A stretch of DNA of 64,000 nt from Psammoneis japonica (taxonomy: Eukaryota), in NCBI GenBank assembly GCA_008632985.1, contig QPGO01000121.1, positions 1-64,000 on the forward strand. Direction: 5' to 3'. Under the pieces are notes generated by a model, which worked only from the letters and a program-made list of their open reading frames with translations, was not told the origin of the DNA and did no database searches. Of the stretch, positions 1 to 10,629 are shown piece after piece. Within the stretch, counting starts at the first letter, position 1; each line of letters opens with the position of its first letter. A program made the position numbers and the translations under genes.

Positions 1-85
1 ATGAGATCAGACCACAAACGAGGTCCCTACGACGTTCACAAATAATCAAGCAGCGACGAGTCTACAGGACGATATTTTTCATTTG

Positions 86-718
86 CTACCGAAAAAGCAT
101 TGTCGCATCTTTTCGAGCCAGTCGATTGTAGACTTGTGGATGCAGCATGTCGCGGACACTTGCAATGTTGTGGTTTTGAATCGCCTTGCGAATGGCCGTG
201 CTGGATTCGTTGTTGGAGAGGATGCTTCCCCTAATGCAAACGGCTTGACAATTTTTGGGTCGCCGACTTGTAGTACCTGGTCGTTCTACAACCACGCACC
301 ATGGCTGTTGATACAATTGACATTTCTCCGCATGATCTGCTCCGCACACATAGTTCACTGACACGTTCGGGCCAAGTGCTTCTAACAAATGGTTTCGCAC
401 GTCGGGAAAGTCCATCAGTCGTGGTTGTGAAATCTCCCAATCGTCCACAATGATACGTTCCGTAGCTACGAGTCGGCAGAGTTCTACTTTGGTGGAATTG
501 TCGAGACTACCAAATGGCTTGCGTTGACTCCACCGAGCATCACTTGGCGATAGTATGCAACCCAAGACGGCCGTACCTTGGTTCTCAAAGTGCTTCGCCG
601 CCAATTCAAGCATGTTCGTGTGGCCAACATGGACTGGATTCATGGAGCCCGTTGTAAACAGCACCACGGCTGGCTTCTCTAGATCATGGCGTTTGCACTT
701 TTCAATCAAGTTTTGCAT
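86..718 (-). CDS. Nicotinamide/nicotinate mononucleotide adenylyltransferase-like protein (HxGH nucleotidyltransferase family)
   Basis: 210-aa ORF with TGSMNPVHVGH (GSxNPxHxGH), VDDWE, YVCGADH, VVVERPG and C-terminal SSTAIR motifs typical of NMNAT/NadD. Confidence 0.8.
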   Translation of the reverse strand: MQNLIEKCKRHDLEKPAVVLFTTGSMNPVHVGHTNMLELAAKHFENQGTAVLGCILSPSDARWSQRKPFGSLDNSTKVELCRLVATERIIVDDWEISQPRLMDFPDVRNHLLEALGPNVSVNYVCGADHAEKCQLYQQPWCVVVERPGTTSRRPKNCQAVCIRGSILSNNESSTAIRKAIQNHNIASVRDMLHPQVYNRLARKDATMLFR

Positions 719-750
719 GTTATTGCTCTTGTATTACAAGCGAAAGTGGT

Positions 751-782
751 GCGAACAGGTAGGCGAACAGGTAGGCGAACAG
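751..782. repeat. 12-bp tandem repeat (gcgaacaggtag, ~2.7 copies) upstream of the NMNAT start
   Basis: gcgaacaggtag gcgaacaggtag gcgaacag read directly. Confidence 0.85.
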
Positions 783-839
783 TGAATGAATCGAAACGTG
801 CAAAATTACAAAACTTCAAACTGCGATCTGCGCGCGCAC

Positions 840-3066
840 CACCCCTGTGGTAGGGGAGCTGTGTGTGTGTGCGTGGTTGTGCGCGCACGGCTTCGCCGTG
901 CGTTGAGTTTTAATGTTAATATCCACACGTATGTGTATATTCCATAAGTAAAAATTCCCATTCCACAGCTCCCCTAAAACTCTAACCACCAAAAACCGAG
1001 GGGTCGGAAGCGCACTTTCGGGAGCTCTTTTTCTCCGCACAAAAAACACGCGTTTCGTCGACTCGACCATGATGATGCCTCGTGGTTCTTCCCCATCGCC
1101 TTCCCAGGACGCCGATCCTACTGACGCCATTGCCAATGACACTGATGCAACAGGCAATGTCATCATTCCGGTTCTGGGTGTGATGCGTACAAAATAAGAT
1201 GCTACAAACTCACACTGTTGTTTGCACGCTCCACCGCCTCCCACAGATGCTGTCACGAATTCCAACGCCGCACCTGCATTTTGGCCCCCTAGCATGCCCG
1301 ATGCTGTTGCTCCTGCCCTTGCTGCCATCACTCCTGCCCTCACTGCCGCAGGTGCTGTTGATGCTGTCATTGCATTTTGCCAATGACGTCCACAATGAAG
1401 TGCCAATGACTCGCACTTCTTTCATTCTCGCCCCACCGCCTCCCACAGATGCTGTCACGAATTCCAGTGCTGCACCTGCGTTTCGGCCCCCTGGCATGCC
1501 CGACACTGTCACTCCTGCCCTCACTGCCGCAGGTGCTGTTGATGCTTGTTGTCTTTTTGCCAACAACGTCCACAACGAAATGCTTGCAACTCACACTTCT
1601 TTCATTCTCGCCCCACCGCCTCCCACAGATGCCATCATGAATTCCAATGCCGTGCCTGCGTTTCGGCCCCCTGGCATGCCCGACACTGCCAATCCCACCC
1701 TTGCTGCTGCAGTTGCTGTTGATGCTGTTGTTGTTTTTGCTTTGGAAGGAACACAATGGATGACGGATGACGGCGGACCAGGAAACCCACGCAACCACGG
1801 CCTGCTGATGGACGACACATCAATGGACATGAATGGTGCCTCTTGGTTGGCTCTCGAGTGCAGTCTAATCTTTGGAACATGCAGACACACATGCAGCTCT
1901 CTGTGGGTTAGAACCTGACAACAATGGATGGCAGGCATGCTTTCACAGTTTTTTAGTTTCAAGTTGGAGAGGTCAGCGAATTGGCATTTGTTTGCAGGTG
2001 ACTTGGCAAGGTTTCAAATGGTGCATGTGACTTGGACACTGCTCTGTTTTCCAGGACCAGGTCATGTGTGCAATTCCACAAGAGGCCACTCTCGCCGTTT
2101 GAGTTCTACATGTGATGTGCAACATGCTGTTTTTGCATGTTGCTAAAATGGAGGCAGGCAGCAACGTGCTTTTGGCAAACACTCACTGTGTTTGTCACTG
2201 TTAGACCTTCAAAACTGGTGCCTTGTCGACAGCCATGCTGCCACTTTGCATGCCGGCACCTTCTCTGCCCGCACTCCATTGGCTGCGTCCTCCTTCACAT
2301 GTTGCTGCGGTTCATCTTGACACTTGTTGTTGGCTCCGATTGGTTCCGCTGGGCTCTGGGTGAGTCTCAATCACCTCCAGATGGACAAGGTTCTGCTTGG
2401 GAACATTGTCCTGAGAAAGGTTGTCACCATGCCTCCTGTCATAGATGCTCCTCTGCCACGCCCACTGAACCTTGACGTCGGTTTGTTGCTTTTGTTTTTT
2501 GACCTGGTTTCGGAGCTGCACCCCAGACGTTTGAGAGAAGGCTCATCAGTGCCTTCCACAACACGGCGATGCGAACGAGAATCCAGTTTTTCCAGGGACG
2601 CAATGACAGGAGCAGACCAATCACGGGCACTGTGTTTGTGTTTCAGGCACAGGATCCGGTGAACAGAACCCAAATCCTCCGGATGGCAAATCGGCTGTGT
2701 TTGGGTAACGACAGCGGGTGCAATGGCACCGGCCATTGCAGGAGGGACTGCCGCATCAGACATGGCAGGCGGGGATGCGTCAGGTGGTGTGGGGGATGAA
2801 GAACGGGAGGTCGTCATGGTCGAGTCGACGAAACGCGTGTTTTTTGTGCGGAGAAAAAGAGCTCCCAAAAGTGCGCTTCCGACCCCTCGGTTTTTGGTGG
2901 TTAGAGTTTTAGGGGAGAATATGGTTCAGGATTTTTCCTGCTACTATTAGCATTTGTGTACAAATGCATAAATAAATGTGAGGACATTTATATAAAAATA
3001 TAATGAATAAGATATAAACTGCCACGTAACCATGACATCACCATATTCTCCCCTACCACAGGGGTG
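840..3066. mobile_element. Non-autonomous TIR DNA transposon, Mutator/MULE-like (9-bp TSD)
   Basis: Perfect 19-bp TIRs cacccctgtggtaggggag (840-858) and ctcccctaccacaggggtg (3048-3066); 9-bp direct repeat cgcgcgcac at 831-839 and 3067-3075; internal ~105-bp inverted repeats at 969-1075 and 2811-2917; no recognisable transposase. Confidence 0.88.
1225..1740 (+). repeat. Three diverged ~180-200-bp tandem units inside the TIR element
   Basis: ccaccgcctcccacagatg...gaattcca...ggccccct.gcatgcccga recurs at ~1231, ~1433 and ~1613; translates as repeated APPPPTDA...AFRPPGMPD. Confidence 0.9.
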
Positions 3067-3294
3067 CGCGCGCACGAGATCGAGATCATCGGAAGCAGGA
3101 TTCTGAAATTTCGATGACGTCAACGGGACATTTCCGACGTGTCACAATGTCGCCACGTGCCGTTGCGTGGCGGCGAAACCTGCCGAAAATTTTGAATCTC
3201 GCGTTCGCTGGAACGGAATCTGATGCATCTCTGTGCATCTGTGAATGTCCATAAGATGCGTTCTTCACCACAAGAGAGACACAGGGCAAAGACA

Positions 3295-5264
3295 ATGCGT
3301 TATCCTCGAAGAGCAGAGTCCATTACAGTGGCTCTGATTTGCTCCTTATATAATGCCGATCCAATTTCGTCGTTTCAAATGCCCATTCGGTCTTTGGCGC
3401 GAGGAGTCGGGAAAGGACCAACCGCTTCGCCGAGGCGACAAATCATCTCCAGTCCCGCATTGAAAGAAGCAAATGACGACAGCTCCATATCAATTTCAAA
3501 TGAAGCCATTGATCTTTTCAGCGACGAGACAACATTATTTAATCCTCCGTCAACACTGGCTCCGGAAACGTTGGCTGGAATTTCTGGGTTGGAAAATACC
3601 ACGGTTGAAACACTCACGGCAGAATGGATATCCCGAGATACTTCCGCTGTAAGCGATTTTACGAGCACAGACTTGAATGCAGAAACAGCATCTGAAACTG
3701 AGATGGAGTCGTCATTGGAAGCTCCCGATGTCAAGAAAGTGCTCAGGTTTGCGATCCCCGCAGTAGGAGTTTGGCTTTGCAGCCCGTTGCTGTCCCTCAT
3801 TGACACGAGTGCCGTAGGACTGCTATCGGGGACAGCCCAACAAGCTGCATTAAACCCTGCCGTGGCAGTCACAGACTACGGATCGCTGCTTGTTGCCTTT
3901 GTGTACACGGCAACGACCAATCTTGTTGCCACGGCCAATGAAAAAGATCGAAATGTAGAGGGCAAACCGCAAACGACCAAGACCTTGACTGCCGCGCTGC
4001 AACTTGCTTCTCTTGTTGGTATCGTGTTTGGGGCATTCTTTGGAATCTTTTCCAAGTTCTTTATGAAGGCACTCATTGGCAACGACGCTATTGATCCTGT
4101 CGTGTTTGCTGCAGCATTACGATATGTACGAATTCGGGCCCTTGGCTTGCCTGCTGCGGTTGTGATTGGGTCGGCACAGGCGGCATGTCTTGGTTTGCAG
4201 GACATTAAGAGTCCTCTCTATGTGCTTCTTGCCGCAGCGGTTGTGAATTTCTTTGGTGACCTTGTCTTTGTGGGGAGTAGTAACCCGCTTATCGGAGGGT
4301 GTGCGGGTGCCGCTTGGGCGACTGTCTTTTCGCAATACGCCGCCTTGGTCATGTTTTTGGGTTGGCTTCAGAGAAAACCAAAAGCCTCGTCCAGCAACAA
4401 TACTTCAGGGACACTAATCACGAGAGGTATATTATCTGGAAAGTTCCGAAAGCGAGATATATTCAAACTCCCGCCACTGGAGAAGGCAAAACAGTTCTGG
4501 CCGTACGTGATTCCCGTCACAACGACGGCGATTGGTCGAGTGTCTGGCTACATAGCAATGTCCCACGTGGCTTCAAGCACACTGGGGATGACCGACATGG
4601 CTGCTCAGCAAATTCTTTTGGCCTTCTTCATGTGCTTCACACCGATTTGTGATTCATTGAATCTTACAGCACAGAGCTTTGTTCCTGGTATTTTTGAACG
4701 CAAACCGAGTTTGGCAAGAACAAACGCCCTCAAACACACCGTCAAGAGCTTTGTCAAGGCGGGAATCATCATGGGAACCGGTTTGCTGGGTATGGTATCA
4801 TGTATGCCAGTGTTTAGCAAATTCTTTACTCTTGACGCCCTGGTGTCTTCCAAGGTGGCGTCAGCCACTCCATTCTTGGCGGCCATTTTCGCCTTGTCAG
4901 GGATCGTATGCGCTGGAGAAGGTAAGCAGTTTTTTGCGAGACGTTTGAACGTGCCGTGGTTGAATCTTGTCAATGCTAATCGTGCTCGTCCTTCTTCGTG
5001 TCATGCCACATAGGCCTCCTCTTGGGACAAAAGGATTTGGGCTTCTTGGGCAAGTCTTATGCGGCTTACTTCTTTGCAGTGCCATTCTTCCTGCTCCGCT
5101 TGAAAAAGGTTGCAGCCAGTGGCATTCACAATGTGGGAGTTTCCTCCATGTGGCAAATCTTTACGGTTTATCAGAGTATACGGTGTGCCATGTGGCTTAT
5201 CCGACTACGATTACTTCATCGACAAAGAAGAGCAAGTCAACCAGTTGGAGCTGTCGCTGTATGA
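3295..5264 (+). CDS. MATE/DinF-family transporter, probably plastid-targeted; intron 4922-5013
   Basis: FAIPAVGVWLCSPLLSLIDTSAVG, YVRIRALGLPA, GAAWATVFSQY MATE motifs; GT..AG intron joins GE-G to LLLGQKDL in frame; N-terminal hydrophobic stretch ending in SSF. Confidence 0.9.
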
Positions 5265-5451
5265 CCACGTGTCTGGAAGCGATGCTAATGCTATAATAAT
5301 TGGAACGATAGAACTTTGCAGTAGCTAAGTGCAAAGATAGAACGCAAACGAGATAGATTTCACTGTTCTACTGAGTATATTAAAATCGCCTAACCGCTAC
5401 AACACACATACTGTAGATTGAGAAAGAGACCCATCCTTTTGCTCACCAACC

Positions 5452-7127
5452 CTACGAAATTGTAAATTGCAAGTCACCGCCATTTTCGTCATCCGCAGCC
5501 GATTCGACATTGTTGTTCTTATCCAAAGGCATGTACTGCGCCAAAATGCCCCGAACCTCGGCGTGCATTCTGTTTTGGGACCGCCGGTAAAGAATCAGTC
5601 CAACGCAGGAAAAGATAAGTACAACGGCCACCAGGGTACCCATAAAGACGGCGGGCGAAAGAAACGTGTCTGCCGCGGCTCCAGCGCAGTGTCCCGTTTC
5701 GACGCAACTGAGTTCATCGTGGCAATTCATGCAGGTCTCACAGACAGCGGGTTTAGTTCCTGACTCGAAACCAGCACAGACGCCCTTGAAAATGGTCGAA
5801 AAGGTCAAGGCCCCGCGAATGGCAACATTGTTGACAAAGGCGGCCGGCATAATCACAACACCCGAGGATTTCTTGGCACCAATTTCGGATTCCAAAATGG
5901 AGTTTTCCTTATCGCCCTCCAGACCACCAGAATCTTTCATGCACGCCTCAATCTTGTGGTGATCAACACCCGCGTGGTTCATGGCATCCTTGATACAATC
6001 CATATTGGTGAACAAGCCGGGTTCATCGCATCGGGCCATAAACTCCAACACGTAGTCCCACCACGGCTCACCAACGCCATCACCCACACCATAGTTCTTC
6101 CAAATACAAAGACGACGCAAGCTCTCCCCGACAACATCGGCACCCGAAATTCCCTTGTCCAAGTCATTGTCTGGATCAGTCGCACAGTAGCGTCCCGAGT
6201 TGGTACAGAGATTGTAGCACTGGTCTTCTCCGCTATCACTTCTGCATCCCGACACGATTCCATCGTACACATACATGTGGGGCGTAAAGGACGCATGGCT
6301 ACCCAACGCTATGGCCGCGTGCTTGAATTGACGCTGAAAGGCTCGACTCACCATGTCGGTGGGGGTCGTCCAGAGCTCATACTCCACGTGGTTGTCGGGA
6401 CTCGGCAAGGCCCAAGCCATTTCCAACCTGACCACCTTGTCCTCCTTCAAGGCCTTCTTGATGGGATCGGCGTCTTGCTTAAACATGAGAAAGGACGGAA
6501 TGGAAATATCCGACCCGGATCCATCGTCGGCCATGTAGGGCTCTTGCGTTTCGCACGGTTCATTGTCTTCGGAAACGCAGGAATCTCCAGCCGAGCACAG
6601 ACACGAATCATCCGCGATAATCACAGCGGCGGCACCCGACCTCTGGGCGTTGCGGACCTTGATGACAAAGGTACACCCACCGCGATCCACCATGAGAATA
6701 TAAGGAGCAGCCCAGGGTTTCATTTCGCCGTCTTCGCCCTTGGAGCGACTCGGATAACCCGCTCTCGTGTCGACATTGGGATCACAGAGGTTCGAATCGG
6801 CGTAGTATACGTTTTGCTGAATCGAACCACCGTAGGGAGGCACACCAAAGAGTGCTTCGCGATGATCATAGCCGCCAGGTCTGTAGAATTCGTGAGGAAT
6901 CTAGAGATACAACAAGAGAAACGGCACGTATGCATGAGAAAAAGATTATTCGGGGTCATTCTAGCAGAAATCCTACGAAATTTGCCGTAGAAACTGAAAA
7001 TGACGAAAAAATCTTTGCTTTTACAGGGGAAACTCACGTGAACTTGCAGTTGACTCGAGACACCCGCACCGTTGGCATAAGCCATAAGGTTGGATAGAGC
7101 CAATACTGCGCTTAACAGGATCTTCAT
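5452..7127 (-). CDS. Vacuolar sorting receptor (PA domain, Cys-rich, single TM, YMPL tail); intron 6901-7037
   Basis: Signal peptide MKILLSAVLAL; ALFGVPPYGG, VDRGGCTFVIKVRNAQ PA domain; CTNSGRYCATDPD; TM segment then EVRGILAQYMPL. Confidence 0.92.
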
Positions 7128-7559
7128 TGTGAATGGATGGCTTTGCTTTGCATGCAGCAGTCGACCAGAGGTGATGCTGTTGTTGTTGTTCATGCTGGAG
7201 CCTTCGCGCGTCGTCGTCGTGCGGTGTGCTGGTGCAGTTGGTGGGAGTTGCACAATGACCCCACCCGCGTTTTGTACTGATTTTCTACGACAAATAGTGT
7301 CCGTTAAATGCTGCGAAAACACGTAGAATTCTACGGAAGAAGTCATAACTTGTGTTATAAGATATTTAAGACCTAAGTAAGATATATCAAATTTCTACTG
7401 AAAGATTGCGTTCAGTTCTTAGTATGTAGAAGTCATACAACGATCACTTCTCATTCCTTTTTCCGGAAAAGGGTGTCATGCTGTACGATTTCGAACCACT
7501 CAACGCAACATCAATCAATTGTGCTCCGCATCAAGCAATTTATCAATCAAGCAATTGAT

Positions 7560-10230
7560 GTAATCTTCTGCCAGCGACCTGACAACAGCACCACAGAGGG
7601 AAAAAGATGTTTTCTGGTGTGTTGCACATGAGGGGGGAAATGGATCTTGAGGGTTGATGTGAGGTTTTGGCATTCTTCACATGCGGTCAATCCAAAACAT
7701 CTTGATGTCTCAGGCAGCAAAGTGCATGACCCCAACAGCCACAACGCTCAAGTGGAAGGGAGTTGCAGGCAGAACAACACTGGCAAGAGCTCTCCAGAGA
7801 CACTCTCACCCATGATGACTTGCAACATCCTCTGTCTTTTGTGCACCACTGGCTTTGCTGGTTGCCGCTGCCCCCAGGCAACCAAGCAAAAGATCAAGTG
7901 ATTTTCTGGGTCAACAAAAAGCAACATTTTCCATCAAAAGCTGTTGTTGAGCACACACACATCCATTTTCCTTTCCAACAACCTGCTGGCCTGCTGCAGC
8001 TGCAAAGTTTCCTCTTCACCCATTGCTTGCACTTTCTGGTGAGAACAGAGCTGGGCTTGCATTTGGTTGTTTCCTTTTTGGCAAATGCCCTGTCCATTGC
8101 TGGCACACCCTGCTGCACTGCCTGGCCTGAGTGCTTCTTCCTTGTCTGCTGTGCTTTTGAGTTGACATCCATTCTAAACCAGAGCTAACTTGGCCATTGA
8201 GTTTGCTGACACTGTCTTTTGGCTCCAGCCAAGGAAGCAGGGTTGCTGCCTTGTGCGCAGCGTGCTTGTTTGTTTGCAGCTTGCATCACCGGCACACCTT
8301 GAGATGAGTTGTTCACAATGAATTTGCAAATTCTGGAGTGTTGTCATTTGGACAAGATGGCAGGTTGGCATTTCTGGCACTTTTGTCATCTGCCACTGGT
8401 GCTGCTGCTCAAGCAACTTGTGCTGCTGGGGGTGCCCCATTTCTCCATGTCAGCAGAAGATTGCAGTGCAGCTGTGGCTGCAGGCTCTGTTGGGCCACAG
8501 TTGCCTTTTTCTGCTGATGATTTTGTTGTTTCATTGTCTGCAACACCCATGAGAGGCTTCAACAGAGAAACAAAAGAGCCAACAGTGCCAGAGTTGGTCT
8601 TGGCTTTGGAGCAGGCAGCACAGCAGGACTGGCTGGCATCAGCGCAGGTGGGGCATGGGAGGATCAGGTGGCACAGGATGGGCAGCAGGTGGGCTCTTGG
8701 AGGAGTGGGCAGCTTTGAAGCATGCAGCTTTGGAGCTGGTGACTGCTCAGTTTGGCTGGAGGAGCAGCCCCAGTGCATCATGATCTCTCACAGCAGCACA
8801 AGCAGTGTGGGGGACATCCCTCTGGCCAGCAACTCCATTGTGTTTGACCTTAATTTGCATGATTCTGTGTGGGAAAATCCAATGTGCTGCATGTGTTGCT
8901 GTGCTGCGTGGTGGGCCCATGCGTGGTGAGACTGGGTTCATGTTTCTTGACACTGGTGCAACATGTGAAAAAACACATGAGAAATGACAGCAAGTGGTCA
9001 CTCAGCAAAGGTGCTTGCCATTTCTGCAAATCCTTTGATTGTTTGTGCTGTGGCATTGGCCAAACTTTCACAAACACCAGCAAAGTCATCTGCACCTCAT
9101 GGTGTCAAAATCCTGGAATTTTTGCACTGCAGACCCCCCACGAAGTTGCAGGTTGGGGCAGAGCCACACTTTTGGCAAACCAGACAATGAGTTGCTTCAG
9201 ACAGCCACTTTGTGCCTCCACCAAGTGTGCAATGGCAAGTTTAAAGAAGCTGTCAAAAACTGGCACATTCATTGCTGCACCTTTCATTGAGGTGCCACTT
9301 TTGCATGAGTGGGCACCACTGCTGCTTCATTTCCAGCACATCATCAAGCCCAATGTGGGCTTGCTTCAGCAGCACTGTCAACAGCATGTTGCAATGCAAA
9401 GCATCTTTTGTCACACCAAGAAATCACAAAAGCATCAGAAAAGTGGCTTGCGGTGGTGTGCCCCTTTCATTTGGTGCTTCAGGATCATCCATTGTCATGC
9501 CAAAACTTGTGGAGCAATGGCAACGTTGTTTCGGGATCACATTTGCATCAATGGCATTGTTCACAACTGGCCCCATTCCACAAACACAAACAGTGCAAGC
9601 ATGGTCACACATTGTCAACACTGTTCCACAAAAGTGCTGCTTGCCATCAATGTGAAAAACAAGACTGTGAAAGGATTTTGCATGTGTGCCACCAGCCAGA
9701 GCCACCAGCGAGAGCCATCACCACACACGGGCCTTGTTGACTGTCACATCTCCTTGTTTGTGCTCTGCTCCCTTGAAGTTTTCATCCACCAAACATGTGG
9801 TTTGTTCAATCCACAATTCTTGTTTTTGATGCAGGCTCTTCATTGAAGTCAAAGAACGATGGAGGCTGTCCCTTTTGGGAGGAGTGTGTTTTTTGTGAAC
9901 ACCACCCGGCATGTGCAATGCTTTCTTTTGTGCCTCTGACAAAGAAAGGCTCTCCTGAAAGTTCAGTAAAAATGTCCACCAAGCCAAGTGATGCAACACT
10001 CACATGCATCTTGAATGAACTGGTGAATGTCCAGCGCACACGTGTCATTGTTGATCGGCTGATCATTCATGGTGCCTCCGCCAAAACATGAGAAAACTGG
10101 CGTCAAGGCACACAAAAGAATGAACACCTTTCAACACTTTTTGAAACCTTTTTTTAACCATTTTTTGCCGGTCCTTACCTCACATTGTCTCCTAAAGCCG
10201 TTGTCTATTTCACCACAACGAAAGAATGCA
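7560..10230 (-). mobile_element. Heavily mutated transposon remnant, tentatively a MULE-like transposase
   Basis: TpA/CpG-depleted block with only broken Cys/His-rich ORFs; minus-strand fragments VFHIDGK and QKWHL resemble MULE DDE-domain motifs; no TIR or TSD found. Confidence 0.45.
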
Positions 10231-10629
10231 AACGACAAAGAGCTGTCGCGTCGTCGTCATGGCAGAGTGGGAGCCACCAACAGTCACGCACAGGCGTCGT
10301 AGATTCTGTACGCAACGGACAATCATAGGCATAGCATCGGCATGCGTTTATCCATCATCGTATGATGTCAAATACCGGTTACGTCTCTACGTGAACGAAT
10401 GTCCGAGTTATTTTATCGGTACAGTATGTGCTGGAATTCCAAATATTGCGTTGGTGTACCGGTAGTTCCTACAGTAGGCCCTACCTGAATTTGTGGTTTG
10501 GTTGTTGGTTGCTGGTTGCTGACCGCTGACTTTCCACAAAGCCAGCTCGAACGGCATTGCATTAAGCAATAAGGTAGCCTAGTAAGTTACTAAGACAGAG
10601 AAGAGCCACCCTATCTTTCGTGCAGCAAC

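Noticed and set aside
751..782. Short direct repeats as a CRISPR array
   Set aside because: Head-to-tail 12-mers with no spacers, no cas genes, eukaryotic context.
5956..6990. 344-aa plus-strand ORF and similar antisense ORFs over real genes
   Set aside because: Shadow frames opposite well-supported genes, with no motifs of their own.
7456..7472. Palindrome cctttttccggaaaagg as a Helitron 3' hairpin
   Set aside because: No CTRR terminus at the expected distance and no Rep/helicase remnant.
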